Below, in pieces: positions 36,999-46,217 of a DNA stretch of 64,000 bases; the first letter of the stretch is position 1, and the number at the start of each line of letters is the position of its first letter. The position numbers and the translations under genes are program-made. The notes beneath the pieces are model-generated. The model did not search any database. It worked only from the letters and a program-made list of their open reading frames with translations, and had not been told where the DNA came from. The stretch is taken from assembly GCA_964536985.1 (NCBI GenBank), contig CAZIBG010000001.1, forward strand, positions 49,017 through 113,016. The letters are read 5' to 3'. The DNA comes from an uncultured Candidatus Saccharibacteria bacterium (lineage in GTDB: Bacteria; Patescibacteriota; Saccharimonadia; Saccharimonadales; AWTP1-31).

Positions 36999-37826
36999 TT
37001 ATTTGCCAACAGTAAAAACAAAAAGTACTAAGAATGCAATAAAATTCTTGATGGCATGCAAGAATATCGGAGACCAAAGCCTCCCCGTCTTGTCTCGCAA
37101 GTAGATGAGAAAAAGAGATAGTGTGAAGGTATCGATGGCAGCAACCCATAATAATGGAGCATTACTGCCGAACTGCAAGTGCGCCGCTGCAAACATGCAG
37201 CTAGTAATAATAATTGCCACGTATCGAGGCAGCTTACTTTTTAGTCCCGTGTATAGAAAACCGCGCACCAGTATTTCTTCTACTACTGGCGGCAGAATTA
37301 CCAAACTAGCAAACACTAACGGTAACTGCCACTGTGCAACATTCTTGAAGCCGATTTCTTGCTCTTGATCGAGATCAAGTCCTGGGAACCATGATTTAAC
37401 CGTATACAACAATACTAGGTAGGCGATGAAGTATAGAACATAGGCCATACTGGCATATCCAAAATCGCTCAGCTTTGGCCATCCCTTGAGACCAATGGCT
37501 TTAAGGTTAGATTGTCTTAACCTTAAGAATCTTACCAAAGCGGCCACACTAATAGACTCAATCAGCAGTATGATCAAGAACTGCCCAACGGCGTTATCTT
37601 GTAGCCATGTGCTGACTCGAGCTTCATCCCAACCTAGACTGTAGAGCACACTATAAATAATTAAGCCGCCCAACAACTGTCCTACGAAGTAAATACAAAC
37701 GGTAACAGCAATTGACTCTAGTGGCGTCCAGCCGATGCCAGTCTTCTTTTCTTGCTTGCCGATAAAATACCGTGTCAAACCATACAATCCCAGAAGGTAT
37801 ACCGGTGTTGCCCAACTAATATTCAT
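36999..37826 (-). CDS. CPBP family intramembrane glutamic endopeptidase (CAAX protease-like)
   Basis: EEILVRGFLY and FAAAH motifs; polytopic. Confidence 0.8.
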   Translation of the reverse strand: MNISWATPVYLLGLYGLTRYFIGKQEKKTGIGWTPLESIAVTVCIYFVGQLLGGLIIYSVLYSLGWDEARVSTWLQDNAVGQFLIILLIESISVAALVRFLRLRQSNLKAIGLKGWPKLSDFGYASMAYVLYFIAYLVLLYTVKSWFPGLDLDQEQEIGFKNVAQWQLPLVFASLVILPPVVEEILVRGFLYTGLKSKLPRYVAIIITSCMFAAAHLQFGSNAPLLWVAAIDTFTLSLFLIYLRDKTGRLWSPIFLHAIKNFIAFLVLFVFTVGK

Positions 37827-37841
37827 ACAACTCCCTTCTGG

Positions 37842-38969
37842 TTAAAAGAAACGACGCACATCCACGACGGTAATCACTACAAACAGCAGCATTAATAACG
37901 CAAAGCCTGTTCCATGGATCTGCTCTTCCTTATCCTGGCTCAGTGGTTTTCGAAGCACCTTCCTGTAAAGGAGAGTTACAAAAAGTCGCCCACCATCAAG
38001 TGCCGGAATCGGCAAGACGTTCATGATTGCCAGCGTCAATGAGATGATAGCGATTATCATTAACATATATTGGTAGCCTAAACCGCTGCCATCTTTGAGC
38101 AGCACAAATATCCCAACTGGGCCTGATACTTGCTGGCTGGCAGCTTTGCCCTGCCCCCTAATGACGTTCCATAACGCATTGCCTAAGCCTTTAAATGTTT
38201 CGACGGTTAGCTGTTTGATTAATCCGACTGCGACGATCGGTGATGACCATGTTGACCGTTGAACGGTAAGCTCATTCAGTACAACGCCTAAATATCCTTT
38301 GGGTTGATCGGTCTTCTTGCTTGCATTCACCTCTTCCCGACTACGAAGCACTGTACTTATTGATTGCTCTTTACCGTCTCTAGTGATATTCAGTTCGATT
38401 TTTTTACCACTAAATTGCTCAGTACCGTTTTGGAGCGCTGGTATACTGTCGATCTGTACGGTTTTGCTGCCATCACTAATGCTCACTAAGCGATCCCGTA
38501 GTTCTAGCTTTGCCTTATCTGCAGGAGATCCAGGTTCGATATAGCCGGCAAGCACCTGACTGTTCACCACCTTGGTATCACTCTTTACAGTAAACTGGTT
38601 CTCGATAATCTTTGGCATCCCAACAAGAGCAAGCACTGTCAATAAGGCAAAGGCCGTCAAAAGGTTCATAACCACACCGGCTAACATCACCTGAATTTTT
38701 GTCGTTAAAGATGCAGCACCAAAACTGCCTTTGGCTGTCGCAGAATCATGCTCGCCTTTAAGTTTCACGAAACCACCAAGTGGTAGCCAGTTCAGTGTAA
38801 ATAGCATGCCGCTCTTTAATTTCTTAGACCAGGCTCGAGGGGGGAATCCAATTCCAAACTCCTCGACTTCGACACCGCCTCGTCGAGCAGCCAACAGATG
38901 GCCGAACTCATGAACAACAACCAGACCTACAAAGAGTATCAGCCCCACCACAAGTAAGAATATCGACAT
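37842..38969 (-). CDS. rseP: site-2 protease, M50 family (RseP)
   Basis: HEFGHLLAA zinc motif, PDZ insert, NVLPIPALDGG. Confidence 0.85.
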   Translation of the reverse strand: MSIFLLVVGLILFVGLVVVHEFGHLLAARRGGVEVEEFGIGFPPRAWSKKLKSGMLFTLNWLPLGGFVKLKGEHDSATAKGSFGAASLTTKIQVMLAGVVMNLLTAFALLTVLALVGMPKIIENQFTVKSDTKVVNSQVLAGYIEPGSPADKAKLELRDRLVSISDGSKTVQIDSIPALQNGTEQFSGKKIELNITRDGKEQSISTVLRSREEVNASKKTDQPKGYLGVVLNELTVQRSTWSSPIVAVGLIKQLTVETFKGLGNALWNVIRGQGKAASQQVSGPVGIFVLLKDGSGLGYQYMLMIIAIISLTLAIMNVLPIPALDGGRLFVTLLYRKVLRKPLSQDKEEQIHGTGFALLMLLFVVITVVDVRRFF

Positions 38970-39667
38970 TATTTACCTATTCTCCGGTGTCGACTTGCAT
39001 ATTCATCGAGTGCCGCCTGCAAGTCTTGCTCGGTAAATGCCGGCCAGTGCATCGGGGCAAAGTATAGTTCACTATAGCTCATGCGCCACAGCATAAAATT
39101 ACTAATCCTTTGCTCACCAGAAGTACGAATAATTAGATCGACTGGTGGCACCTCCGGATGGTATAAATGCGCCTCAATATCAGCCGGCGTGACGCGTGTA
39201 ACTGCAGGGTTTTCGGCCAATATTGCATTAACAGCACTGGCAATTTCGAGCTGGCCGCCATAATTCATGCATAGCAATAATGTTCCACCGGTATTATCTT
39301 TGGTTAATTCTTCAGCATCACGCATAGCCTTTATGACCTTAGCCTCCAAGCGTTCGTCTTCTCCCATAAAACATACTCGTATATTTTGCTTGTCGAGCTC
39401 TTTCACCTCATTTGTTGCCACCCAAATGAGCAGTTTCATTAAATAGTCGACTTCTTCAACAGATCGCTTCCAGTTTTCTGTAGAAAAAACATAGGCTGAA
39501 ATAAACTTCACACCCTGATCGAACCCATATTTAGCAATGTTCTTTAGGTTCTCATAACCCTTTTTGTGACCATCTAGGGTTGGGAGATTACGGTCAGTCG
39601 CCCACCGACGATTTCCATCAAGTATGAGGCCAAGGTGTGTGGGTACTTGTGCAGTAATTTCAGACAT
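38969..39667 (-). CDS. uppS: undecaprenyl diphosphate synthase
   Basis: HLGLILDGNRRWA, FSTENWKRS, RTSGEQRISNFMLW. Confidence 0.9.
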   Translation of the reverse strand: MSEITAQVPTHLGLILDGNRRWATDRNLPTLDGHKKGYENLKNIAKYGFDQGVKFISAYVFSTENWKRSVEEVDYLMKLLIWVATNEVKELDKQNIRVCFMGEDERLEAKVIKAMRDAEELTKDNTGGTLLLCMNYGGQLEIASAVNAILAENPAVTRVTPADIEAHLYHPEVPPVDLIIRTSGEQRISNFMLWRMSYSELYFAPMHWPAFTEQDLQAALDEYASRHRRIGK

Positions 39668-39698
39668 AAAATCTATTATAACGTACTAACCGCCGTGG

Positions 39699-40262
39699 TT
39701 AGACGGTCATTATCTCTTGTTCTTTTGCTCGTGCAACGACCTCTGCCTGGCCTTTAGCTTTGTTGATTGCGTCTTCAACCTGTGAAGAGTAACGCTTTGC
39801 ATCATCTTCGCTAATGTCCTTATCTTTCTTTGCTGCATCAAAAGAATCTAGTGCATCATGTCGAATGCCCCTCATTCGGACCATGCATTCTTCTAACTTG
39901 GAGCCTACTTGCTTGCTGATTTCCCGGCGTCGATCTTCCGTGAGAGCCGGAATAGGGATTCTGACAACTCGTCCATCATCCGAAGGATTGAGTCCAAGAC
40001 TTTGATTATCTCGGATAGCACTGACAATTGCTTGCAGTGTACTAGGGTCAAATGGGCTGATTTGAATCAACTGTGCTTCTGGGGCAGTAACACTGGCAAC
40101 CTGATTTAGTGGTGTCGGAGATCCGTAGGCCTCTACCATGACACCGTCTAGCATTGCCGCACTGGCACGACCGGTACGTAGTTTCTTCAAATCATCTTCG
40201 AAATGTTTAACGGCATCATTCAACTTTGATATAGCTTGGTCAACAACTTGGGTGGGGCTCAC
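39699..40262 (-). CDS. frr: ribosome recycling factor
   Basis: LKKLRTGRASAAMLDGVMVEAYGSPTPLNQVA...VVRIPIPALTEDRRRE. Start reassigned to GTG at 40260-40262, which has AAGGAG 7 nt upstream. Confidence 0.9.
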   Translation of the reverse strand: MSPTQVVDQAISKLNDAVKHFEDDLKKLRTGRASAAMLDGVMVEAYGSPTPLNQVASVTAPEAQLIQISPFDPSTLQAIVSAIRDNQSLGLNPSDDGRVVRIPIPALTEDRRREISKQVGSKLEECMVRMRGIRHDALDSFDAAKKDKDISEDDAKRYSSQVEDAINKAKGQAEVVARAKEQEIMTV

Positions 40263-40328
40263 TCGATTACTCCTTATTTGGTACCTATAGTATACCATTC
40301 ATAACTCTTACTTTAACGCCCTAGATTT

Positions 40329-40357
40329 TTGACAATAATGTAATATAGTGTTAATAT
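40329..40357 (+). promoter_or_regulatory. sigma-70-type promoter TTGACA-17-TAATAT
   Basis: ttgaca (40329-40334), 17-nt spacer, taatat (40352-40357). Predicts a ~135-nt leader before ATG 40499. Confidence 0.55.
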
Positions 40358-40498
40358 ATTACTTAGTAACCAGTCAGCAAGGACACATATCCCTTATTTG
40401 GTCGCTTGAGATATGTCGAGCTAATAGCGAACCCACGGCTGTTCCTCTTCCGAGAACACTGAGACAGGTACTAATCACTAATTTAATAAGGACCCGCT

Positions 40499-41224
40499 AT
40501 GTCCATAGCTATTGAGCGCCTGTCTGCTCCTGAGTTCTATCCCGAAGAATCTCGCCTACCGATTGAAGCTCCAGCTGAAGTACTGTCGATACCGTCAAAA
40601 TGGGAAGTCACTCGTCTTTTTGGCATGCTCATGATTGCACAATACTTTGAAGAGCGAGGCACATTTGATGGCACAATGCGTGTCATTGGAGCCGACGAGT
40701 ATGGCAATGCAATTGAAAGTCCAAATTACAAGATAGACACCATGGGGATTACCGAGCAGCAAAAGGAAGTCCACAATCAGATGCGTAGGGATGGGACATT
40801 TATTAAGGGCGTGCATGACAAGCGCACCAAGATTGGCCGGTTTTTAGCAGCCTTCCGTATTGATGAAATTCCGACAGCCATCATCTACCCACTCGCCGGG
40901 GTCCACAAATTCTATGGGAATACTCGCGCCCTTTTAGCCTCTGAGCTTGAATCGCCACAATTCTATACCGCTCTTGAACGAAGAGGCGCAACAAAAGAAC
41001 AGTTCCTGCGAAATATTCGGGTCGGCGTTGTAAACGTCACACAGGCATTTGGGGTTACAGAACTTACCACACAAGATGATTTTGAGACTCTCGTTATGTC
41101 AGTAATGCTCGACAAGAATGACCCGAACTACCCTTCAAAAACTCAAATGAATATCGGCACCGCTAAGGATATATTTTCTAAAATCGGACAAGAAATCCGT
41201 AAAGTCGCGCGTCGTGGTAAATAA
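40499..41224 (+). CDS. hypothetical protein (241 aa), opposite-strand insert between frr and tsf
   Basis: SD AAGGA 8 nt upstream. No TM, no P-loop, no motif I recognise. Confidence 0.4.
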   Translation: MSIAIERLSAPEFYPEESRLPIEAPAEVLSIPSKWEVTRLFGMLMIAQYFEERGTFDGTMRVIGADEYGNAIESPNYKIDTMGITEQQKEVHNQMRRDGTFIKGVHDKRTKIGRFLAAFRIDEIPTAIIYPLAGVHKFYGNTRALLASELESPQFYTALERRGATKEQFLRNIRVGVVNVTQAFGVTELTTQDDFETLVMSVMLDKNDPNYPSKTQMNIGTAKDIFSKIGQEIRKVARRGK

Positions 41225-41251
41225 AAACTCCCCGGTTTCCCGAGGAGTTTT
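41224..41251. terminator. bidirectional hairpin terminator between the hypothetical gene and tsf
   Basis: AAAACTCC-ccggtttcccga-GGAGTTTT: A tract and T tract flank the stem, between convergent genes. Confidence 0.55.
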
Positions 41252-41270
41252 AGCGCAACGATTCTTGTTA

Positions 41271-41867
41271 TTAAGAAATTTCGCCCAAAACAAGTCGTTC
41301 GAATCGTCGAACGACCACGTTTTCGCCAAGACGTGCGTTAGCCTCCTTAACCAAGCCGCCAACTGTTAAGTCGGGGTTCTTAATGAATGGCTGGTCAAGT
41401 AGACATAGTTCAGAGAAGTACTTCTTAAGCATGCCTTCAACGATGTTATCGAGCATGTTTTCGGGCTTACCTTCAGCCTTAGCTTTTTCGGTAAACTCGG
41501 CTTTTTTAGTGTCACGGTCTGCTGCGGGGATATCGTCCGCACTTACGTACATTGGTGCCGCTGCAGCGATGTGCATAGCAACATCCTTAACGAGGTCGCT
41601 AAAGCCTTCTGTCCGTGCAACAAAGTCTGTCTCGCAGTTAACTTCTACTAGTACGCCGATACGACCGTCATGGTTGTAAGTGCCAATTGTTCCGGCACGA
41701 GCTTCACGCTCTCCGCGCTTTTCAGCCTTAGTTAGGCCTTTTTTACGCATAGCTTCGAGTGCCTTATCAAAATCACCGTCAGCTTCTTCAAGTGCCTTCT
41801 TGGCATCGGTAAGACCAACGCCTGTTAGACTCTTAAGTCGCTTGATGTCGTCGATAGATACTTTCAC
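41271..41867 (-). CDS. tsf: elongation factor Ts (short form)
   Basis: IKRLKSLTGVGLTDAKKALEEADGDFDKALEAMRKKG (UBA-like N-terminus) and VEVNCETDFVART. Confidence 0.9.
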   Translation of the reverse strand: MKVSIDDIKRLKSLTGVGLTDAKKALEEADGDFDKALEAMRKKGLTKAEKRGEREARAGTIGTYNHDGRIGVLVEVNCETDFVARTEGFSDLVKDVAMHIAAAAPMYVSADDIPAADRDTKKAEFTEKAKAEGKPENMLDNIVEGMLKKYFSELCLLDQPFIKNPDLTVGGLVKEANARLGENVVVRRFERLVLGEIS

Positions 41868-42592
41868 TATTTGTCCCCTTCTTTATCAACTTTTGCCGAT
41901 TTTTGCTTTGCTTTTCCTTCTTCAATAGCCTGTTTAATGTAATCCATGATTAACTGGACAGTCTTAATGGCGTCGTCGTTTGCAGGAATTACGAAGTCGA
42001 TGCCCGTAGGGTCAACATTTGTGTCGGCAATAGCAATAGTCTTGATTCCAAGCTTTTTAGCTTCCTTAATAGCGTTTTGTTCGTTGATTACATCAACGAC
42101 AAATACCGCACCAAAGTTCTCATCAAGATCTTTAATACCGCCGAAAATGAAGTTCAGGTCATCGATTTCCTCTTGGAAACGTTGTACTTCAAGTTTGTTG
42201 TATTTAGCTTCAAGCGCACCTGCAGCCATTCGAACTTCAAGATCCTTGACGTGCTTGATTCGCTCGCCCATAGTCTTTTTGTTTGTCAGCATTCCGCCGA
42301 GCCATCGCTCAACGACATACGGCATGCCAGTTTCGAGGGCAGTTGCCTTAACGATGTCCTTGGATTGCCGTTTAGTGCCAACGAGCAAGATCTGCTTGTT
42401 GCTAGCAACGGTTTTAGTAATAAAGGCTAGCGCCTCATCCAAAGCCTCTGCGGTCTTGGTTAAGTCGATAATATGAACACCTTCACGCTTGCTGTGAATG
42501 TAAGGTGCCATTTTAGGGTGCCATCGGCTGGTCTTGTGACCAAAATGTGCTCCGGCGGCTAATAATGCTTTAACGTCGACTTCAACAGCCAT
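41867..42592 (-). CDS. rpsB: 30S ribosomal protein S2
   Basis: MAVEVDVKALLAAGAHFGHKTSRWHPKM. Start moved to the second ATG (42590-42592), with AAAGGA 9 nt upstream. Confidence 0.9.
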   Translation of the reverse strand: MAVEVDVKALLAAGAHFGHKTSRWHPKMAPYIHSKREGVHIIDLTKTAEALDEALAFITKTVASNKQILLVGTKRQSKDIVKATALETGMPYVVERWLGGMLTNKKTMGERIKHVKDLEVRMAAGALEAKYNKLEVQRFQEEIDDLNFIFGGIKDLDENFGAVFVVDVINEQNAIKEAKKLGIKTIAIADTNVDPTGIDFVIPANDDAIKTVQLIMDYIKQAIEEGKAKQKSAKVDKEGDK

Positions 42593-42694
42593 ATTGTTAA
42601 ATCCTTTCACTTCGGTGATGACTTACCCGGATTGTCCTACACGGAGCAACCAAGGAGGATTAGTATCTTCACCTGCTTAATTGATAGTAAACAT

Positions 42695-42723
42695 ATTCTA
42701 ACAGATTGAGTAGATCTGTTCAA
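42695..42723 (-). promoter_or_regulatory. rpsB promoter TTGAAC-17-TAGAAT
   Basis: Reverse complement of 42718-42723 is TTGAAC and of 42695-42700 is TAGAAT. The spacer ends in CTCAATCTGT. Confidence 0.55.
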
Positions 42724-42733
42724 GTATAAGTGT

Positions 42734-42762
42734 TTGACTATCTCACCCCTGATGTGTATAAT
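42734..42762 (+). promoter_or_regulatory. L31 promoter TTGACT-17-TATAAT
   Basis: ttgact (42734-42739), 17 nt, tataat (42757-42762); ATG 12 nt downstream with no SD. Confidence 0.6.
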
Positions 42763-42774
42763 TCGACTCTGATT

Positions 42775-43128
42775 ATGAAAAAAGATTTACACCCAACTAA
42801 CTACCGACTCGTGGTCTTCAAGGACCTCAACAACAACGAAATGTTTTTGACTCAGTCAACTGTTGCGACAGAAGAAACTGTTAAGTTTACTGATGGCAAA
42901 GAATATCCACTAGTAACAGTACACATCAGCAGCGCATCACATCCCTTCTTTACTGGTCAGGAAAAGATGATCGACATCGAAGGTCGTGTTGATCGCTTCA
43001 AGGCAAAACAAGAAGCAGCCGCTAAGCGCAAAGAAGCAGCTATCGCCAAAGCCAACAAAGTACGCGTTCGCAAGAATGCCGACGAAGTCTCTACTCAAAA
43101 AGTAGGCGCTCCTTCAACCAACCAATAG
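42775..43128 (+). CDS. rpmE2: 50S ribosomal protein L31, type B (no CxxC), with Lys/Ala-rich C-terminal tail
   Basis: MKKDLHPTNYRLVVFKD...HPFFTGQEKMIDIEGRVDRF. The ORF-track start at 42730 lies upstream of the promoter -10 and is rejected. Confidence 0.85.
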   Translation: MKKDLHPTNYRLVVFKDLNNNEMFLTQSTVATEETVKFTDGKEYPLVTVHISSASHPFFTGQEKMIDIEGRVDRFKAKQEAAAKRKEAAIAKANKVRVRKNADEVSTQKVGAPSTNQ

Positions 43129-43144
43129 CTATCGGTTACTAAAA

Positions 43145-43180
43145 ACAGTCAGAATGTTACGTTCTGGCTGTTTTCTTTTA
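43145..43180 (+). terminator. intrinsic terminator after rpmE2
   Basis: ACAGTCAGAA-tgttacg-TTCTGGCTGT (10 bp, one G-U) followed by TTTCTTTTAT. Confidence 0.7.
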
Positions 43181-43194
43181 TACTGAAAGGAACT

Positions 43195-44253
43195 ATGAAC
43201 AAAGAACAAGCCCTCCGCCAAGAACTTACCGACCTACAAGCCGAGTTACAAGACCCGAGTATTTTTAGTTCGCCCCGCTATCCCAAGCTTGCCAAACGTC
43301 AAAACGAACTCGAGAAGACGCTTGCCCTCTTCGACAATCTCGAAAAGCTAAAGGGTCAGGAAGCTGAGGCGACCACCATGAGCCAAGACAGTGACCCAGA
43401 AATGTCCGCTATGGCCAAGGAGGAGTTACAATCTGTTTCCGCACAACGGGATAAGGTAGAGGCCGAACTTACTGAGCTATTAACCCCCAAAGACCCCAAT
43501 GATGAGCGCGATGCTATTGTTGAAATTCGTGGCGCGGCAGGTGGCGACGAGGCCAGTTTATTTGCCGGAGATCTTTACCGCATGTATATCCGTTGGTGCG
43601 AGGCCAAGAACTTTAAAGTAGAGCTCATAGACGAAAGTCCCAGTGAAGTTGGCGGATTTAAAGAAGTTATCTTTGCAGTACGTGGTGTCGATGTCTATAA
43701 GGCACTCAAGTTCGAGGCCGGTGTGCACCGGGTACAACGAGTCCCAAGCACCGAAAGCCAAGGACGAATTCACACCAGCACCGTAACTGTTTCCGTTCTG
43801 CCAGAAGCCGAAGAAACTGATGTCGAAATCAACCCTGCTGATTTGCGAATAGACACCTACCGCAGTAGCGGCCACGGTGGACAGAGTGTAAATACCACCG
43901 ACTCCGCCGTCCGAATAACACACATCCCTTCTGGCCTGGTTGTTACCTGTCAGGACGAAAAGTCACAGATAAAGAATAAAGATAAAGCCATGGGCGTTCT
44001 TCGATCTCGTCTGCTACAGATCAAGATTGATGAGGAACAGAAACAGCTTAGCGAGTCACGTAAGAATCTCATCGGCTCTGGTGACCGCAGCGAGAAGATA
44101 CGTACCTACAACTTCCCTCAGGATCGTATCACCGACCACCGCATTGGCTACAGTCGCAGTAACATACCCGTAGCGTTAAGTGGTGATATTGACGATCTGA
44201 TCGAAGCACTTCAAACATATGAACAACAATTGATTAGTAATGAAAATAGCTAA
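43195..44253 (+). CDS. prfA: peptide chain release factor 1
   Basis: PST tripeptide ([12 protein letters not shown]) and GGQ (SGHGGQSVN). Confidence 0.95.
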   Translation: MNKEQALRQELTDLQAELQDPSIFSSPRYPKLAKRQNELEKTLALFDNLEKLKGQEAEATTMSQDSDPEMSAMAKEELQSVSAQRDKVEAELTELLTPKDPNDERDAIVEIRGAAGGDEASLFAGDLYRMYIRWCEAKNFKVELIDESPSEVGGFKEVIFAVRGVDVYKALKFEAGVHRVQRVPSTESQGRIHTSTVTVSVLPEAEETDVEINPADLRIDTYRSSGHGGQSVNTTDSAVRITHIPSGLVVTCQDEKSQIKNKDKAMGVLRSRLLQIKIDEEQKQLSESRKNLIGSGDRSEKIRTYNFPQDRITDHRIGYSRSNIPVALSGDIDDLIEALQTYEQQLISNENS

Positions 44254-45049
44254 TTGGCTGAAGTCTAGCCAAGAAAAATTAGAAGCCGCGAGCGTAAGCA
44301 CCCCTCGACTTGATGTCCAGCTGATAGCGTGCAATATACTGGGGCAAACGAGGGCATGGCTACTTGCTCATCCAGATTTCATCATTGAGCCAGCGGTCCA
44401 GGCCAGCCTGGACAATATGCTACAGAGGCGCCTACTTCATGAGCCACTTGCATACATATTCGGGCAAAAAGAGTTCTATGGGCGATCATTTACTGTAAAC
44501 AAGCATGTCCTTGTACCACGCCCCGATTCAGAGGACGTGATTGAACTAGCTCTTGGGATCCCCGATAAAGCAATGCGGATCTTAGATATTGGGACGGGCT
44601 CAGGAATTCTGGCCATCACTATTGCACTAGAACGACCAGAATGGGCCGTTACGGCCAGTGATATTAGCAGCGATGCACTCTTAGTGGCCAAGGCCAATAG
44701 TACTGATCTTGGAGTCAATTCGCAGGTTGAATTTATTCAACAAGATTTACTCACAGAGGACATTGCCCCTTATAACTTGGTAATTGCCAATTTGCCTTAT
44801 GTGCCTGATACGATGGCAACGAATAGCGATCTAGCAGCTGAGCCATCAATTGCGCTGTTCTCTGGACACGACGGACTTGACCACTACCGACGGTTGTTTG
44901 AACAGCTCGGCACAAGAACACCGGCAATACCTAATGTCATTACCGAATCGCTGGTGTCACAGCATTCAGAAATGACTAGGCTGGCATCTGACGCCGGGTA
45001 CACCCTCAACGACAGTAAACACCTTGCTCAACACTTTACGCTTGGCTAG
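44240..45049 (+). CDS. prmC: release factor glutamine N5-methyltransferase
   Basis: ILDIGTGSG and IANLPYV (NPPY-type box); overlaps prfA by 14 nt. Confidence 0.85.
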   Translation: MKIANWLKSSQEKLEAASVSTPRLDVQLIACNILGQTRAWLLAHPDFIIEPAVQASLDNMLQRRLLHEPLAYIFGQKEFYGRSFTVNKHVLVPRPDSEDVIELALGIPDKAMRILDIGTGSGILAITIALERPEWAVTASDISSDALLVAKANSTDLGVNSQVEFIQQDLLTEDIAPYNLVIANLPYVPDTMATNSDLAAEPSIALFSGHDGLDHYRRLFEQLGTRTPAIPNVITESLVSQHSEMTRLASDAGYTLNDSKHLAQHFTLG

Positions 45050-46209
45050 ATTTCAGGTGTGGCTTCTAGTGTTGCGGTAAGCTCGACGGTCTTGCCGCTA
45101 CGGAGTACCTGCAACTTAACCTTGTCCCCAACACTGCTTCGTCCAAGAATTGATGTTAGGCTATTACTCTCATCAATAGACGTACCGTTGATTTTAACAA
45201 TAATATCTTTTTCTTGAAGACCGGCTTTAGAAGCTGGACTATTCTCCAGAACAGCTGATTGACTCTGAGATGGAGCTAGGTAGGCTCCGCGCTTAACTTC
45301 AAGATTGTATTGATATGCATAATCATCGGTGAGCGATACATAGCGGACGCCAAGGTATGGCCGAAGTAGCTTGCCATCTTTTAGCACACTTTTTATCAGG
45401 CCCTGGATATCGTTAATAGGTATAGTGAAACCAATGTTTTCGGCATTACCTGCCACTGCGGTATTTATCCCAATAACTTCACTGCTCGTGTTAACAAGTG
45501 GTCCACCTGAGTTTCCTTTATTAATTGCGGTGTCAGTCTGGAATAAGTTTTGTAACGTTTCACTAGACGTTCCCGAGCCGTCACCAGCCTCAATGCTGCG
45601 ACCGTACCCAGAGATAATGCCACTGGTTACTGTATTCTGGAACTGACCCAAGGCATTACCAATCGCCACAACCTTGTCTCCTACTTGAACCTTGCTTGAG
45701 TCCGCCAGTTTAGCAGCGACCAGCTTCTTCCCTTTTTTGTCAGCGACCTTCAAGAACGCCACATCCAGGGTGTCGTTATCGTTAGTCCTCCCAATGACAT
45801 CGGTGTCCAAAGTAGTGCCGTCTGATAATGTTACCGATACTTTCTCGGTGCCTAGTGGAACTACATGCCTATTGGTAATAATCGTACCTTCTTCACTGAT
45901 AATGACGCCGGTTCCGGCACTTTGGGTCTGTTGTTGAGAAGGCCCAAAAAAACTCTGCGTATTAGTGATGCCTGTAACATTGACTGAAACCACGCTAGGA
46001 CTAACATCTTTGGCTATCTTATTAATAAGCTGACTTTCGCTAGCAATATACTGCTGCTGTGACTTGGTCGAAGTATCAACACCGTTTTCATCGCTGCGCG
46101 AACCTGCCCAGCCGCCAACAAATCCCACACTCAGGCACATCACTAACAGTAATGCCTTTTCAGCAAAGCTCTTACTCATCCTTCTTACCGGTTTAGTTCC
46201 TTGATCCAT
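45046..46209 (-). CDS. htrA: HtrA/DegP family serine protease with one PDZ domain
   Basis: TNRHVV (His), GNSGGPLV (Ser), C-terminal PDZ; N-terminal TM. Confidence 0.85.
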   Translation of the reverse strand: MDQGTKPVRRMSKSFAEKALLLVMCLSVGFVGGWAGSRSDENGVDTSTKSQQQYIASESQLINKIAKDVSPSVVSVNVTGITNTQSFFGPSQQQTQSAGTGVIISEEGTIITNRHVVPLGTEKVSVTLSDGTTLDTDVIGRTNDNDTLDVAFLKVADKKGKKLVAAKLADSSKVQVGDKVVAIGNALGQFQNTVTSGIISGYGRSIEAGDGSGTSSETLQNLFQTDTAINKGNSGGPLVNTSSEVIGINTAVAGNAENIGFTIPINDIQGLIKSVLKDGKLLRPYLGVRYVSLTDDYAYQYNLEVKRGAYLAPSQSQSAVLENSPASKAGLQEKDIIVKINGTSIDESNSLTSILGRSSVGDKVKLQVLRSGKTVELTATLEATPEI

Positions 46210-46217
46210 AACACCCC

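Noticed and set aside
41946-42476. 176-aa and 117-aa plus-strand ORFs inside rpsB; similar long antisense ORFs at 17726-18292, 23595-24104 and 4359-4676
   Set aside because: All are fully embedded antisense to strongly supported conserved genes (rpsB, M16 peptidase, nuclease, xseA). They have no motifs and no RBS, and are typical shadow ORFs.
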